Part shown: positions 12,201-27,829 of the stretch, in pieces
How the letters are laid out: each line of letters opens with the position of its first letter
Numbering within the stretch: the stretch's first letter is position 1
Assembly (NCBI GenBank): GCA_964057225.1
Contig: OZ059900.1
Location: forward strand, 22,382,001 to 22,446,000
Origin: Auanema rhodensis
Lineage: Eukaryota; Animalia; Nematoda
Length of the DNA stretch: 64,000 nucleotides
Direction of reading: 5' to 3'
The notes under the pieces: model-generated
What the model saw: the letters and a program-made list of their open reading frames with translations, nothing else
Told to the model about the DNA's origin: nothing
The model's database searches: none
Translations under genes and position numbers: made by a program

Positions 12201-14364
12201 GGCACGCCCCTTATGGCTAATATTGATTAAATCGATTTTTGTTCATATGAGTCGTCAAATGCAACGAATTTCAGCGTGTTACATACTAAAATGAAGCATT
12301 TTACATGCTTAACACTAGAAAAATACAAAAACACAGTATTTCCCATGAGAAATATTTTATTATGCTGGAAAACCAGTTTTTGGAAATTTCGCTGTAAACA
12401 AGGTTTTGACTTACGATTTCATGTGTTCAAACTCATGCAATGTCAATGAAACCTAGCTCAAAATTGTTCGTACAACGTCTAGTTCCACTTTCACGACAAA
12501 AAAACAGGGGTTTGAAAATTAAGGAAATTAGCATATTCTGAGGGCACGCCCCTTATGGCTAATATTGATTAAATCGATTTTTGTTCATATGAGTAGTCAA
12601 ATGCAACGAATTTCAGCGTGTTACATACTAAAATGAAGCATTTTACATGCTGAACACTAGAAAAATACAAAAACACAGTATTTCCCATGAGAAATATTTT
12701 ATTATGCTGGAAAACCAGTTTTTGGAAATTTCGCTGTAAACAAGGTTTTGACTTACGATTTCATGTGTTCAAACTCATGCAATGTCAATGAAACCTAGCT
12801 CAAAATTGTTCGTACAACGTCTAGTTCCACTTTCACGACAAAAAAACAGGGGTTAGAAAATTAAGGAAGTTAGCATATTCTGAGGGCACGCCTCTTATGG
12901 CTAATATTGATTAAATCGATTTTTGTTCATATGAGTCGTCAAATGCAACGAATTTCAGCGTGTTACATACTAAAATGAAGCATTTTACATGCTGAACACT
13001 AGAAAAATACAAAAACACAGTATTTCCCATGAGAAATATTTTATTATGCTGGAAAACCAGTTTTTGGAAAGTTCGCTGTAAACAAGGTTTTGACTTACGA
13101 TTTCATGTGTTCAAACTCATGCAATGTCAATGAAACCTAGCTCAAAATTGTTCCTACAACGTCTAGTTCCACTTTCACGACAAAAAAACAGGGGTTAGAA
13201 AATTAAGGAAATTAGCATATTCTGAGGGCACGCCCCTTATGGCTAATATTGATTAAATCGATTTTTGTTCATATGAGTCGTCAAATGCAACGAATTTCAG
13301 CGTGTTACATACTAAAATGAAGCATTTTACATGCTTAACACTAGAAAAATACAAAAACACAGTATTTCCCATGAGAAATATTTTATTATGCTGGAAAACC
13401 AGTTTTTGGAAATTTCGCTGTAAACAAGGTTTTGACTTACGATTTCATGTGTTCAAACTCATGCAATGTCAATGAAACCTAGCTCAAAATTGTTCCTACA
13501 ACGTCTAGTTCCACTTTCACGACAAAAAAACAGGGGTTAGAAAATTAAGGAAATTAGCATATTCTGAGGGCACGCCCCTTATGGCTAATATTGATTAAAT
13601 CGATTTTTGTTCATATGAGTCGTCAAATGCAACGAATTTCAGCGTGTTACATACTAAAATGAAGCATTTTACATGCTTAACACTAGAAAAATACAAAAAC
13701 ACAGTATTTCCCATGAGAAATATTTTATTATGCTGGAAAACCAGTTTTTGGAAATTTCGCTGTAAACAAGGTTTTGACTTACGATTTCATGTGTTCAAAC
13801 TCATGCAATGTCAATGAAACCTAGCTCAAAATTGTTCGTACAACGTCTAGTTCCACTTTCACGACAAAAAAACAGGGGTTTGAAAATTAAGGAAATTAGC
13901 ATATTCTGAGGGCACGCCCCTTATGGCTAATATTGATTAAATCGATTTTTGTTCATATGAGTAGTCAAATGCAACGAATTTCAGCGTGTTACATACTAAA
14001 ATGAAGCATTTTACATGCTGAACACTAGAAAAATACAAAAACACAGTATTTCCCATGAGAAATATTTTATTATGCTGGAAAACCAGTTTTTGGAAATTTC
14101 GCTGTAAACAAGGTTTTGACTTACGATTTCATGTGTTCAAACTCATGCAATGTCAATGAAACCTAGCTCAAAATTGTTCGTACAACGTCTAGTTCCACTT
14201 TCACGACAAAAAAACAGGGGTTAGAAAATTAAGGAAATTAGCATATTCTGAGGGCACGCCCCTTATGGCTAATATTGATTAAATCGATTTTTGTTCATAT
14301 GAGTCGTGAAATGCAACGAATTTCAGCGTGTTACATACTAAAATGAAGCATTTTACATGCTGAA

Positions 14365-17300
14365 CACTAGAAAAATACAAAAACACAGTATTTCCCATGA
14401 GAAATATTTTATTATGCTGGAAAACCAGTTTTTGGAAATTTCGCTGTAAACAAGGTTTTGACTTACGATTTCATGTGTTCAAACTCATGCAATGTCAATG
14501 AAACCTAGCTCAAAATTGTTCGTACAACGTCTAGTTCCACTTTCACGACAAAAAACAGGGGTTAGAAAATTAAGGAAGTTAGCATATTCTGAGGGCACGC
14601 CTCTTATGGCTAATATTGATTAAATCGATTTTTGTTCATATGAGTCGTCAAATGCAACGAATTTCAGCGTGTTACATACTAAAATGAAGCATTTCACATG
14701 CTGAACACTAGAAAAATACAAAAACACAGTATTTCCCATGAGAAATATTTTATTATGCTGGAAAACCAGTTTTTGGAAAGTTCGCTGTAAACAAGGTTTT
14801 GACTTACGATTTCATGTGTTCAAACTCATGCAATGTCAATGAAACCTAGCTCAAAATTGTTCCTACAACGTCTAGTTCCACTTTCACGACAAAAAAACAG
14901 GGGTTAGAAAATTAAGGAAATTAGCATATTCTGAGGGCACGCCCCTTATGGCTAATATTGATTAAATCGATTTTTGTTCATATGAGTCGTCAAATGCAAC
15001 GAATTTCAGCGTGTTACATACTAAAATGAAGCATTTTACATGCTTAACACTAGAAAAATACAAAAACACAGTATTTCCCATGAGAAATATTTTATTATGC
15101 TGGAAAACCAGTTTTTGGAAATTTCGCTGTAAACAAGGTTTTGACTTACGATTTCATGTGTTCAAACTCATGCAATGTCAATGAAACCTAGCTCAAAATT
15201 GTTCCTACAACGTCTAGTTCCACTTTCACGACAAAAAAACAGGGGTTAGAAAATTAAGGAAATTAGCATATTCTGAGGGCACGCCCCTTATGGCTAATAT
15301 TGATTAAATCGATTTTTGTTCATATGAGTCGTCAAATGCAACGAATTTCAGCGTGTTACATACTAAAATGAAGCATTTTACATGCTTAACACTAGAAAAA
15401 TACAAAAACACAGTATTTCCCATGAGAAATATTTTATTATGCTGGAAAACCAGTTTTTGGAAATTTCGCTGTAAACAAGGTTTCGACTTACGATTTCATG
15501 TGTTCAAACTCATGCAATGTCAATGAAACCTAGCTCAAAATTGTTTCTACAACATCTAGTTCCACTTTCACGACAAAAAAACAGGGGTTAGAAAATTAAG
15601 GAAATTAGCATATTCTGAGGGCACGCCCTTTATGGCTAATATTGATTAAATCGATTTTTGTTCATATGAGTCGTCAAATGCAACGAATTTCAGCGTGTTA
15701 CATACTAAAATGAAGCAGTTTACATGCTGAACACTATAAAAATACAAAAACACAGTATTTCCCATGAGAAATATTTTATTATGCTGGAAAACCAGTTTTT
15801 GGAAATTTCGCTGTAAACAAGGTTTCGACTTACGATTTCATGTGTTCAAACTCATGCAATGTCAATGAAACCTAGCTCAAAATTGTTTCTACAACGTCTA
15901 GTTCCACTTTCACGACAAAAAAACAGGGGTTAGAAAATTAAGGAAATTAGCATATTCTGAGGGCACGCCCCTTATGGCTAATATTGATTAAATCGATTTT
16001 TGTTCATATGAGTCGTCAAATGCAACGAATTTCAGCGTGTTACATACTAAAATGAAGCATTTTACATGCTTAACACTAGAAAAATACAAAAACACAGTAT
16101 TTCCCATGAGAAATATTTTATTATGCTGGAAAACCAGTTTTTGGAAATTTCGCTGTAAACAAGGTTTTGACTTACGATTTCATGTGTTCAAACTCATGCA
16201 ATGTCAATGAAACCTAGCTCAAAATTGTTCGTACAACGTCTAGTTTCACTTTCACGACAAAAAACAGGGGTTAGAAAATTAAGGAAGTTAGCATATTCTG
16301 AGGGCACGCCTCTTATGGCTAATATTGATTAAATCGATTTTTGTTCATATGAGTCGTCAAATGCAACGAATTTCAGCGTGTTACATACTAAAATGAAGCA
16401 TTTCACATGCTGAACACTAGAAAAATACAAAAACACAGTATTTCCCATGAGAAATATTTTATTATGCTGGAAAACCAGTTTTTGGAAAGTTCGCTGTAAA
16501 CAAGGTTTTGACTTACGATTTCATGTGTTCAAACTCATGCAATGTCAATGAAACCTAGCTCAAAATTGTTCCTACAACGTCTAGTTCCACTTTCACGACA
16601 AAAAAACAGGGGTTAGAAAATTAAGGAAATTAGCATATTCTGAGGGCACGCCCCTTATGGCTAATATTGATTAAATCGATTTTTGTTCATATGAGTCGTC
16701 AAATGCAACGAATTTCAGCGTGTTACATACTAAAATGAAGCATTTTACATGCTTAACACTAGAAAAATACAAAAACACAGTATTTCCCATGAGAAATATT
16801 TTATTATGCTGGAAAACCAGTTTTTGGAAATTTCGCTGTAAACAAGGTTTCGACTTACGATTTCATGTGTTCAAACTCATGCAATGTCAATGAAACCTAG
16901 CTCAAAATTGTTTCTACAACATCTAGTTCCACTTTCACGACAAAAAAACAGGGGTTAGAAAATTAAGGAAATTAGCATATTCTGAGGGCACGCCCTTTAT
17001 GGCTAATATTGATTAAATCGATTTTTGTTCATATGAGTCGTCAAATGCAACGAATTTCAGCGTGTTACATACTAAAATGAAGCAGTTTACATGCTGAACA
17101 CTATAAAAATACAAAAACACAGTATTTCCCATGAGAAATATTTTATTATGCTGGAAAACCAGTTTTTGGAAATTTCGCTGTAAACAAGGTTTCGACTTAC
17201 GATTTCATGTGTTCAAACTCATGCAATGTCAATGAAACCTAGCTCAAAATTGTTTCTACAACGTCTAGTTCCACTTTCACGACAAAAAAACAGGGGTTAG

Positions 17301-19149
17301 AAAATTAAGGAAATTAGCATATTCTGAGGGCACGCCCCTTATGGCTAATATTGATTAAATCGATTTTTGTTCATATGAGTCGTCAAATGCAACGAATTTC
17401 AGCGTGTTACATACTAAAATGAAGCATTTTACATGCTTAACACTAGAAAAATACAAAAACACAGTATTTCCCATGAGAAATATTTTATTATGCTGGAAAA
17501 CCAGTTTTTGGAAATTTCGCTGTAAACAAGGTTTTGACTTACGATTTCATGTGTTCAAACTCATGCAATGTCAATGAAACCTAGCTCAAAATTGTTCGTA
17601 CAACGTCTAGTTCCACTTTCACGACAAAAAACAGGGGTTAGAAAATTAAGGAAGTTAGCATATTCTGAGGGCACGCCTCTTATGGCTAATATTGATTAAA
17701 TCGATTTTTGTTCATATGAGTCGTCAAATGCAACGAATTTCAGCGTGTTACATACTAAAATGAAGCATTTCACATGCTGAACACTAGAAAAATACAAAAA
17801 CACAGTATTTCCCATGAGAAATATTTTATTATGCTGGAAAACCAGTTTTTGGAAAGTTCGCTGTAAACAAGGTTTTGACTTACGATTTCATGTGTTCAAA
17901 CTCATGCAATGTCAATGAAACCTAGCTCAAAATTGTTCCTACAACGTCTAGTTCCACTTTCACGACAAAAAAACAGGGGTTAGAAAATTAAGGAAATTAG
18001 CATATTCTGAGGGCACGCCCCTTATGGCTAATATTGATTAAATCGATTTTTGTTCATATGAGTCGTCAAATGCAACGAATTTCAGCGTGTTACATACTAA
18101 AATGAAGCATTTTACATGCTTAACACTAGAAAAATACAAAAACACAGTATTTCCCATGAGAAATATTTTATTATGCTGGAAAACCAGTTTTTGGAAATTT
18201 CGCTGTAAACAAGGTTTTGACTTACGATTTCATGTGTTCAAACTCATGCAATGTCAATGAAACCTAGCTCAAAATTGTTCCTACAACGTCTAGTTCCACT
18301 TTCACGACAAAAAAACAGGGGTTAGAAAATTAAGGAAATTAGCATATTCTGAGGGCACGCCCCTTATGGCTAATATTGATTAAATCGATTTTTGTTCATA
18401 TGAGTCGTCAAATGCAACGAATTTCAGCGTGTTACATACTAAAATGAAGCATTTTACATGCTTAACACTAGAAAAATACAAAAACACAGTATTTCCCATG
18501 AGAAATATTTTATTATGCTGGAAAACCAGTTTTTGGAAATTTCGCTGTAAACAAGGTTTCGACTTACGATTTCATGTGTTCAAACTCATGCAATGTCAAT
18601 GAAACCTAGCTCAAAATTGTTTCTACAACATCTAGTTCCACTTTCACGACAAAAAAACAGGGGTTAGAAAATTAAGGAAATTAGCATATTCTGAGGGCAC
18701 GCCCTTTATGGCTAATATTGATTAAATCGATTTTTGTTCATATGAGTCGTCAAATGCAACGAATTTCAGCGTGTTACATACTAAAATGAAGCAGTTTACA
18801 TGCTGAACACTATAAAAATACAAAAACACAGTATTTCCCATGAGAAATATTTTATTATGCTGGAAAACCAGTTTTTGGAAATTTCGCTGTAAACAAGGTT
18901 TCGACTTACGATTTCATGTGTTCAAACTCATGCAATGTCAATGAAACCTAGCTCAAAATTGTTTCTACAACGTCTAGTTCCACTTTCACGACAAAAAAAC
19001 AGGGGTTAGAAAATTAAGGAAATTAGCATATTCTGAGGGCACGCCCCTTATGGCTAATATTGATTAAATCGATTTTTGTTCATATGAGTCGTCAAATGCA
19101 ACGAATTTCAGCGTGTTACATACTAAAATGAAGCATTTTACATGCTTAA
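14365..19149. repeat. 5-mer / 4-mer / 5-mer higher-order units (14365-16073, 16074-17440, 17441-19149)
   Basis: Each unit begins with an A6 + GGAAGT + TTTCAC monomer and contains a monomer with TTTCGAC, AACATCT, GCCCTTT and GCAGTTT (15390, 16757, 18466). Confidence 0.85.
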
Positions 19150-22100
19150 CACTAGAAAAATACAAAAACACAGTATTTCCCATGAGAAATATTTTATTAT
19201 GCTGGAAAACCAGTTTTTGGAAATTTCGCTGTAAACAAGGTTTTGACTTACGATTTCATGTGTTCAAACTCATGCAATGTCAATGAAACCTAGCTCAAAA
19301 TTGTTCCTACAACGTCTAGTTCCACTTTCACGACAAAAAAACAGGGGTTAGAAAATTAAGGAAATTAGCATATTCTGAGGGCACGCCCCTTATGGCTAAT
19401 ATTGATTAAATCGATTTTTGTTCATATGAGTCGTCAAATGCAACGAATTTCAGCGTGTTACATACTAAAATGAAGCATTTTACATGCTTAACACTAGAAA
19501 AATACAAAAACACAGTATTTCCCATGAGAAATATTTTATTATGCTGGAAAACCAGTTTTTGGAAATTTCGCTGTAAACAAGGTTTTGACTTACGATTTCA
19601 TGTGTTCAAACTCATGCAATGTCAATGAAACCTAGCTCAAAATTGTTCGTACAACGTCTAGTTCCACTTTCACGACAAAAAAACAGGGGTTTGAAAATTA
19701 AGGAAATTAGCATATTCTGAGGGCACGCCCCTTATGGCTAATATTGATTAAATCGATTTTTGTTCATATGAGTAGTCAAATGCAACGAATTTCAGCGTGT
19801 TACATACTAAAATGAAGCATTTTACATGCTGAACACTAGAAAAATACAAAAACACAGTATTTCCCATGAGAAATATTTTATTATGCTGGAAAACCAGTTT
19901 TTGGAAATTTCGCTGTAAACAAGGTTTTGACTTACGATTTCATGTGTTCAAACTCATGCAATGTCAATGAAACCTAGCTCAAAATTGTTCGTACAACGTC
20001 TAGTTCCACTTTCACGACAAAAAAACAGGGGTTAGAAAATTAAGGAAGTTAGCATATTCTGAGGGCACGCCTCTTATGGCTAATATTGATTAAATCGATT
20101 TTTGTTCATATGAGTCGTCAAATGCAACGAATTTCAGCGTGTTACATACTAAAATGAAGCATTTTACATGCTGAACACTAGAAAAATACAAAAACACAGT
20201 ATTTCCCATGAGAAATATTTTATTATGCTGGAAAACCAGTTTTTGGAAAGTTCGCTGTAAACAAGGTTTTGACTTACGATTTCATGTGTTCAAACTCATG
20301 CAATGTCAATGAAACCTAGCTCAAAATTGTTCCTACAACGTCTAGTTCCACTTTCACGACAAAAAAACAGGGGTTAGAAAATTAAGGAAATTAGCATATT
20401 CTGAGGGCACGCCCCTTATGGCTAATATTGATTAAATCGATTTTTGTTCATATGAGTCGTCAAATGCAACGAATTTCAGCGTGTTACATACTAAAATGAA
20501 GCATTTTACATGCTTAACACTAGAAAAATACAAAAACACAGTATTTCCCATGAGAAATATTTTATTATGCTGGAAAACCAGTTTTTGGAAATTTCGCTGT
20601 AAACAAGGTTTTGACTTACGATTTCATGTGTTCAAACTCATGCAATGTCAATGAAACCTAGCTCAAAATTGTTCCTACAACGTCTAGTTCCACTTTCACG
20701 ACAAAAAAACAGGGGTTAGAAAATTAAGGAAATTAGCATATTCTGAGGGCACGCCCCTTATGGCTAATATTGATTAAATCGATTTTTGTTCATATGAGTC
20801 GTCAAATGCAACGAATTTCAGCGTGTTACATACTAAAATGAAGCATTTTACATGCTTAACACTAGAAAAATACAAAAACACAGTATTTCCCATGAGAAAT
20901 ATTTTATTATGCTGGAAAACCAGTTTTTGGAAATTTCGCTGTAAACAAGGTTTTGACTTACGATTTCATGTGTTCAAACTCATGCAATGTCAATGAAACC
21001 TAGCTCAAAATTGTTCGTACAACGTCTAGTTCCACTTTCACGACAAAAAAACAGGGGTTTGAAAATTAAGGAAATTAGCATATTCTGAGGGCACGCCCCT
21101 TATGGCTAATATTGATTAAATCGATTTTTGTTCATATGAGTAGTCAAATGCAACGAATTTCAGCGTGTTACATACTAAAATGAAGCATTTTACATGCTGA
21201 ACACTAGAAAAATACAAAAACACAGTATTTCCCATGAGAAATATTTTATTATGCTGGAAAACCAGTTTTTGGAAATTTCGCTGTAAACAAGGTTTTGACT
21301 TACGATTTCATGTGTTCAAACTCATGCAATGTCAATGAAACCTAGCTCAAAATTGTTCGTACAACGTCTAGTTCCACTTTCACGACAAAAAAACAGGGGT
21401 TAGAAAATTAAGGAAATTAGCATATTCTGAGGGCACGCCCCTTATGGCTAATATTGATTAAATCGATTTTTGTTCATATGAGTCGTGAAATGCAACGAAT
21501 TTCAGCGTGTTACATACTAAAATGAAGCATTTTACATGCTGAACACTAGAAAAATACAAAAACACAGTATTTCCCATGAGAAATATTTTATTATGCTGGA
21601 AAACCAGTTTTTGGAAATTTCGCTGTAAACAAGGTTTTGACTTACGATTTCATGTGTTCAAACTCATGCAATGTCAATGAAACCTAGCTCAAAATTGTTC
21701 GTACAACGTCTAGTTCCACTTTCACGACAAAAAAACAGGGGTTAGAAAATTAAGGAAGTTAGCATATTCTGAGGGCACGCCTCTTATGGCTAATATTGAT
21801 TAAATCGATTTTTGTTCATATGAGTCGTCAAATGCAACGAATTTCAGCGTGTTACATACTAAAATGAAGCATTTTACATGCTGAACACTAGAAAAATACA
21901 AAAACACAGTATTTCCCATGAGAAATATTTTATTATGCTGGAAAACCAGTTTTTGGAAAGTTCGCTGTAAACAAGGTTTTGACTTACGATTTCATGTGTT
22001 CAAACTCATGCAATGTCAATGAAACCTAGCTCAAAATTGTTCCTACAACGTCTAGTTCCACTTTCACGACAAAAAAACAGGGGTTAGAAAATTAAGGAAA

Positions 22101-25100
22101 TTAGCATATTCTGAGGGCACGCCCCTTATGGCTAATATTGATTAAATCGATTTTTGTTCATATGAGTCGTCAAATGCAACGAATTTCAGCGTGTTACATA
22201 CTAAAATGAAGCATTTTACATGCTTAACACTAGAAAAATACAAAAACACAGTATTTCCCATGAGAAATATTTTATTATGCTGGAAAACCAGTTTTTGGAA
22301 ATTTCGCTGTAAACAAGGTTTTGACTTACGATTTCATGTGTTCAAACTCATGCAATGTCAATGAAACCTAGCTCAAAATTGTTCCTACAACGTCTAGTTC
22401 CACTTTCACGACAAAAAAACAGGGGTTAGAAAATTAAGGAAATTAGCATATTCTGAGGGCACGCCCCTTATGGCTAATATTGATTAAATCGATTTTTGTT
22501 CATATGAGTCGTCAAATGCAACGAATTTCAGCGTGTTACATACTAAAATGAAGCATTTTACATGCTTAACACTAGAAAAATACAAAAACACAGTATTTCC
22601 CATGAGAAATATTTTATTATGCTGGAAAACCAGTTTTTGGAAATTTCGCTGTAAACAAGGTTTCGACTTACGATTTCATGTGTTCAAACTCATGCAATGT
22701 CAATGAAACCTAGCTCAAAATTGTTTCTACAACATCTAGTTCCACTTTCACGACAAAAAAACAGGGGTTAGAAAATTAAGGAAATTAGCATATTCTGAGG
22801 GCACGCCCTTTATGGCTAATATTGATTAAATCGATTTTTGTTCATATGAGTCGTCAAATGCAACGAATTTCAGCGTGTTACATACTAAAATGAAGCAGTT
22901 TACATGCTGAACACTATAAAAATACAAAAACACAGTATTTCCCATGAGAAATATTTTATTATGCTGGAAAACCAGTTTTTGGAAATTTCGCTGTAAACAA
23001 GGTTTCGACTTACGATTTCATGTGTTCAAACTCATGCAATGTCAATGAAACCTAGCTCAAAATTGTTTCTACAACGTCTAGTTCCACTTTCACGACAAAA
23101 AAACAGGGGTTAGAAAATTAAGGAAATTAGCATATTCTGAGGGCACGCCCCTTATGGCTAATATTGATTAAATCGATTTTTGTTCATATGAGTCGTCAAA
23201 TGCAACGAATTTCAGCGTGTTACATACTAAAATGAAGCATTTTACATGCTGAACACTATAAAAATACAAAAACACAGTATTTCCCATGAGAAATATTTTA
23301 TTATGCTGGAAAACCAGTTTTTGGAAATTTCGCTGTAAACAAGGTTTCGACTTACGATTTCATGTGTTCAAACTCATGCAATGTCAATGAAACCTAGCTC
23401 AAAATTGTTTCTACAACGTCTAGTTCCACTTTCACGACAAAAAAACAGGGGTTAGAAAATTAAGGAAATTAGCATATTCTGAGGGCACGCCCCTTATGGC
23501 TAATATTGATTAAATCGATTTTTGTTCATATGAGTCGTCAAATGCAACGAATTTCAGCGTGTTACATACTAAAATGAAGCATTTTACATGCTGAACACTA
23601 AAAAAATACAAAAACACAGTATTTCCCATGAGAAATATTTTATTATGCTGGAAAACCAGTTTTTGGAAATTTCGCTGTAAACAAGGTTTTGACTTACGAT
23701 TTCATGTGTTCAAACTCATGCAATGTCAATGAAACCTAGCTCAAAATTGTTCCTACAACGTCTAGTTCCACTTTCACGACAAAAAAACAGGGGTTAGAAA
23801 ATTAAGGAAATTAGCATATTCTGAGGGCACGCCCTTTATGGCTAATATTGATTAAATCGATTTTTGTTCATATGAGTCGTCAAATGCAACGAATTTCAGC
23901 GTGTTACATACTAAAATGAAGCATTTTACATGCTGAACACTATAAAAATACAAAAACACAGTATTTCCCATGAGAAATATTTTATTATGCTGGAAAACCA
24001 GTTTTGGGAAATTTCGCTGTAAACAAGGTTTTGACTTACAATTTCATGTGTTCAAACTCATGCAATGTCAACGAAACCTAGCTCAAAATTGTTCCTACAA
24101 CGTCTAATTCCACTTTCACGACAAAAAAACAGGGGTTAGAAAATTAAGGAAATTAGCATATTCTGAGGGCACGCCCCTTATGGCTAATATTGATTAAATC
24201 GATTTTTGTTCATATGAGTTGTGAAATGCAACGAATTTCAGCGTGTTACATACTAAAATGAAGCATTTTACATGCTGAACACTAGAAAAATACAAAAACA
24301 CAGTATTTCCCATGAGAAATATTTTATTATGCTGGAAAACCAGTTTTGGGAAATTTCGCTGTAAACAAGGTTTTGACTTACAATTTCATGTGTTCAAACT
24401 CATGCAATGTCAATGAAACCTAGCTCAAAATTGTTCCTACAACGTCTAATTCCACTTTCACGACAAAAAAACAGGGGTTAGAAAATTAAGGAAATTAGCA
24501 TATTCTGAGGGCACGCCCCTTATGGCTAATATTGATTAAATCGATTTTTGTTCATATGAGTCGTGAAATGCAACGAATTTCAGCGTGTTACATACTAAAA
24601 TGAAGCATTTTACATGCTGAACACTAGAAAAATACAAAAACACAGTATTTCCCATGAGAAATATTTTATTATGCTGGAAAACCAGTTTTTGGAAAGTTCG
24701 CTGTAAACAAGGTTTTGACTTACGATTTCATGTGTTCAAACTCATGCAATGTCAATGAAACCTAGCTCAAAATTGTTCCTACAACGTCTAGTTCCACTTT
24801 CACGACAAAAAAAACAGGGGTTAGAAAATTAAGGAAATTAGCATATTCTGAGGGCACGCCCCTTATGGCTAATATTGATTAAATCGATTTTTGTTCATAT
24901 GAGTCGTCAAATGCAACGAATTTCAGCGTGTTACATACTAAAATGAAGCATTTTACATGCTTAACACTATAAAAATACAAAAACACAGTATTTCCCATGA
25001 GAAATATTTTATTATGCTGGAAAACCAGTTTTTGGAAATTTCGCTGTAAACAAGGTTTCGACTTACGATTTCATGTGTTCAAACTCATGCAATGTCAATG

Positions 25101-27829
25101 AAACCTAGCTCAAAATTGTTTCTACAACGTCTTGTTCCACTTTCACGACAAAAAAACAGGGGTTAGAAAATTAAGGAAATTAGCATATTCTGAGGGCACG
25201 CCCCTTATGGCTAATATTGATTAAATCGATTTTTGTTCATATGAGTCGTCAAATGCAACGAATTTCAGCGTGTTACATACTAAAATGAAGCATTTTACAT
25301 GCTGAACACTAAAAAAATACAAAAACACAGTATTTCCCATGAGAAATAATTTATTATGCTGGAAAACCAGTTTTTGGAAATTTCGCTGTAAACAAGGTTT
25401 TGACTTACGATTTCATGTGTTCAAACTCATGCAATGTCAATGAAACCTAGCTCAAAATTGTTCCTACAACGTCTAATTCCACTTTCACGACAAAAAAACA
25501 GGGGTTAGAAAATTAAGGAAATTAGCATATTCTGAGGGCACGCCCCTTATGGCTAATATTGATTAAATCGATTTTTGTTCATATGAGTTGTGAAATGCAA
25601 CGAATTTCAGCGTGTTACATACTAAAATGAAGCATTTTACATGCTGAACACTAGAAAAATACAAAAACACAGTATTTCCCATGAGAAATATTTTATTATG
25701 CTGGAAAACCAGTTTTGGGAAATTTCGCTGTAAACAAGGTTTTGACTTACAATTTCATGTGTTCAAACTCATGCAATGTCAATGAAACCTAGCTCAAAAT
25801 TGTTCCTACAACGTCTAATTCCACTTTCACGACAAAAAAACAGGGGTTAGAAAATTAAGGAAATTAGCATATTCTGAGGGCACGCCCCTTATGGCTAATA
25901 TTGATTAAATCGATTTTTGTTCATATGAGTCGTGAAATGCAACGAATTTCAGCGTGTTACATACTAAAATGAAGCATTTTACATGCTGAACACTAGAAAA
26001 ATACAAAAACACAGTATTTCCCATGAGAAATATTTTATTATGCTGGAAAACCAGTTTTTGGAAATTTCGCTGTAAACAAGGTTTTGACTTACGATTTCAT
26101 GTGTTCAAACTCATGCAATGTCAATGAAACCTAGCTCAAAATTGTTCGTACAACGTCTAGTTCCACTTTCACGACAAAAAAACAGGGGTTAGAAAATTAA
26201 GGAAGTTAGCATATTCTGAGGGCACGCCCCTTATGGCTAATATTGATTAAATCGATTTTTGTTCATATGAGTAGTCAAATGCAACGAATTTTAGCGTGTT
26301 ACATACTAAAATGAAGCATTTTACATGCTGAACACTAGAAAAATACAAAAACACAGTATTTCCCATGAGAAATATTTTATTATGCTGGAAAACCAGTTTT
26401 TGGAAATTTCGCTGTAAACAAGGTTTTGACTTACGATTTCATGTGTTCAAACTCATGCAATGTCAATGAAACCTAGCTCAAAATTGTTCGTACAACGTCT
26501 AGTTCCACTTTCACGACAAAAAAACAGGGGTTAGAAAATTAAGGAAGTTAGCATATTCTGAGGGCACGCCCCTTATGGCTAATATTGATTAAATCGATTT
26601 TTGTTCATATGAGTAGTCAAATGCAACGAATTTTAGCGTGTTACATACTAAAATGAAGCATTTTACATGCTGAACACTAGAAAAATACAAAAACACAGTA
26701 TTTCCCATGAGAAATATTTTATTATGCTGGAAAACCAGTTTTTGGAAATTTCGCTGTAAACAAGGTTTCGACTTACGATTTCATGTGTTCAAACTCATGC
26801 AATGTCAATGAAACCTAGCTCAAAATTGTTTCTACAACGTCTAGTTCCACTTTCACGACAAAAAACAGGGGTTAGAAAATTAAGGAAATTAGCATATTCT
26901 GAGGGCACGCCCCTTATGGCTAATATTGATTAAATCGATTTTTGTTCATATGAGTCGTCAAATGCAACGAATTTCAGCGTGTTACATACTAAAATGAAGC
27001 ATTTTACATGCTGAACACTAGAAAAATACAAAAACACAGTATTTCCCATGAGAAATATTTTATTATGCTGGAAAACCAGTTTTTGGAAATTTCGCTGTAA
27101 ACAAGGTTTTGACTTACGATTTCATGTGTTCAAACTCATGCAATGTCAATGAAACCTAGCTCAAAATTGTTCGTACAACGTCTAATTCCACTTTCACGAC
27201 AAAAAAACAGGGGTTAGAAAATTAAGGAAATTAGCATATTCTGAGGGCACGCCCCTTATGGCTAATATTGATTAAATCGATTTTTGTTCATATGAGTCGT
27301 CAAATGCAACGAATTTCAGCGTGTTACATACTAAAATGAAGCATTTTACATGCTGAACACTAGAAAAATACAAAAACACAGTATTTCCCATGAGAAATAT
27401 TTTATTATGCTGGAAAACCAGTTTTTGGAAATTTCGCTGTAAACAAGGTTTTGACTTACGATTTCATGTGTTCAAACTCATGCAATGTCAATGAAACCTA
27501 GCTCAAAATTGTTCCTACAACGTCTAGTTCCACTTTCACGACAAAAAAACAGGGGTTAGAAAATTAAGGAAATTAGCATATTCTGAGGGCACGCCCCTTA
27601 TGGCTAATATTGATTAAATCGATTTTTGTTCATATGAGTCGTCAAATGCAACGAATTTCAGCGTGTTACATACTAAAATGAAGCATTTTACATGCTTAAC
27701 ACTAGAAAAATACAAAAACACAGTATTTCCCATGAGAAATATTTTATTATGCTGGAAAACCAGTTTTTGGAAATTTCGCTGTAAACAAGGTTTCGACTTA
27801 CGATTTCATGTGTTCAAACTCATGCAATG

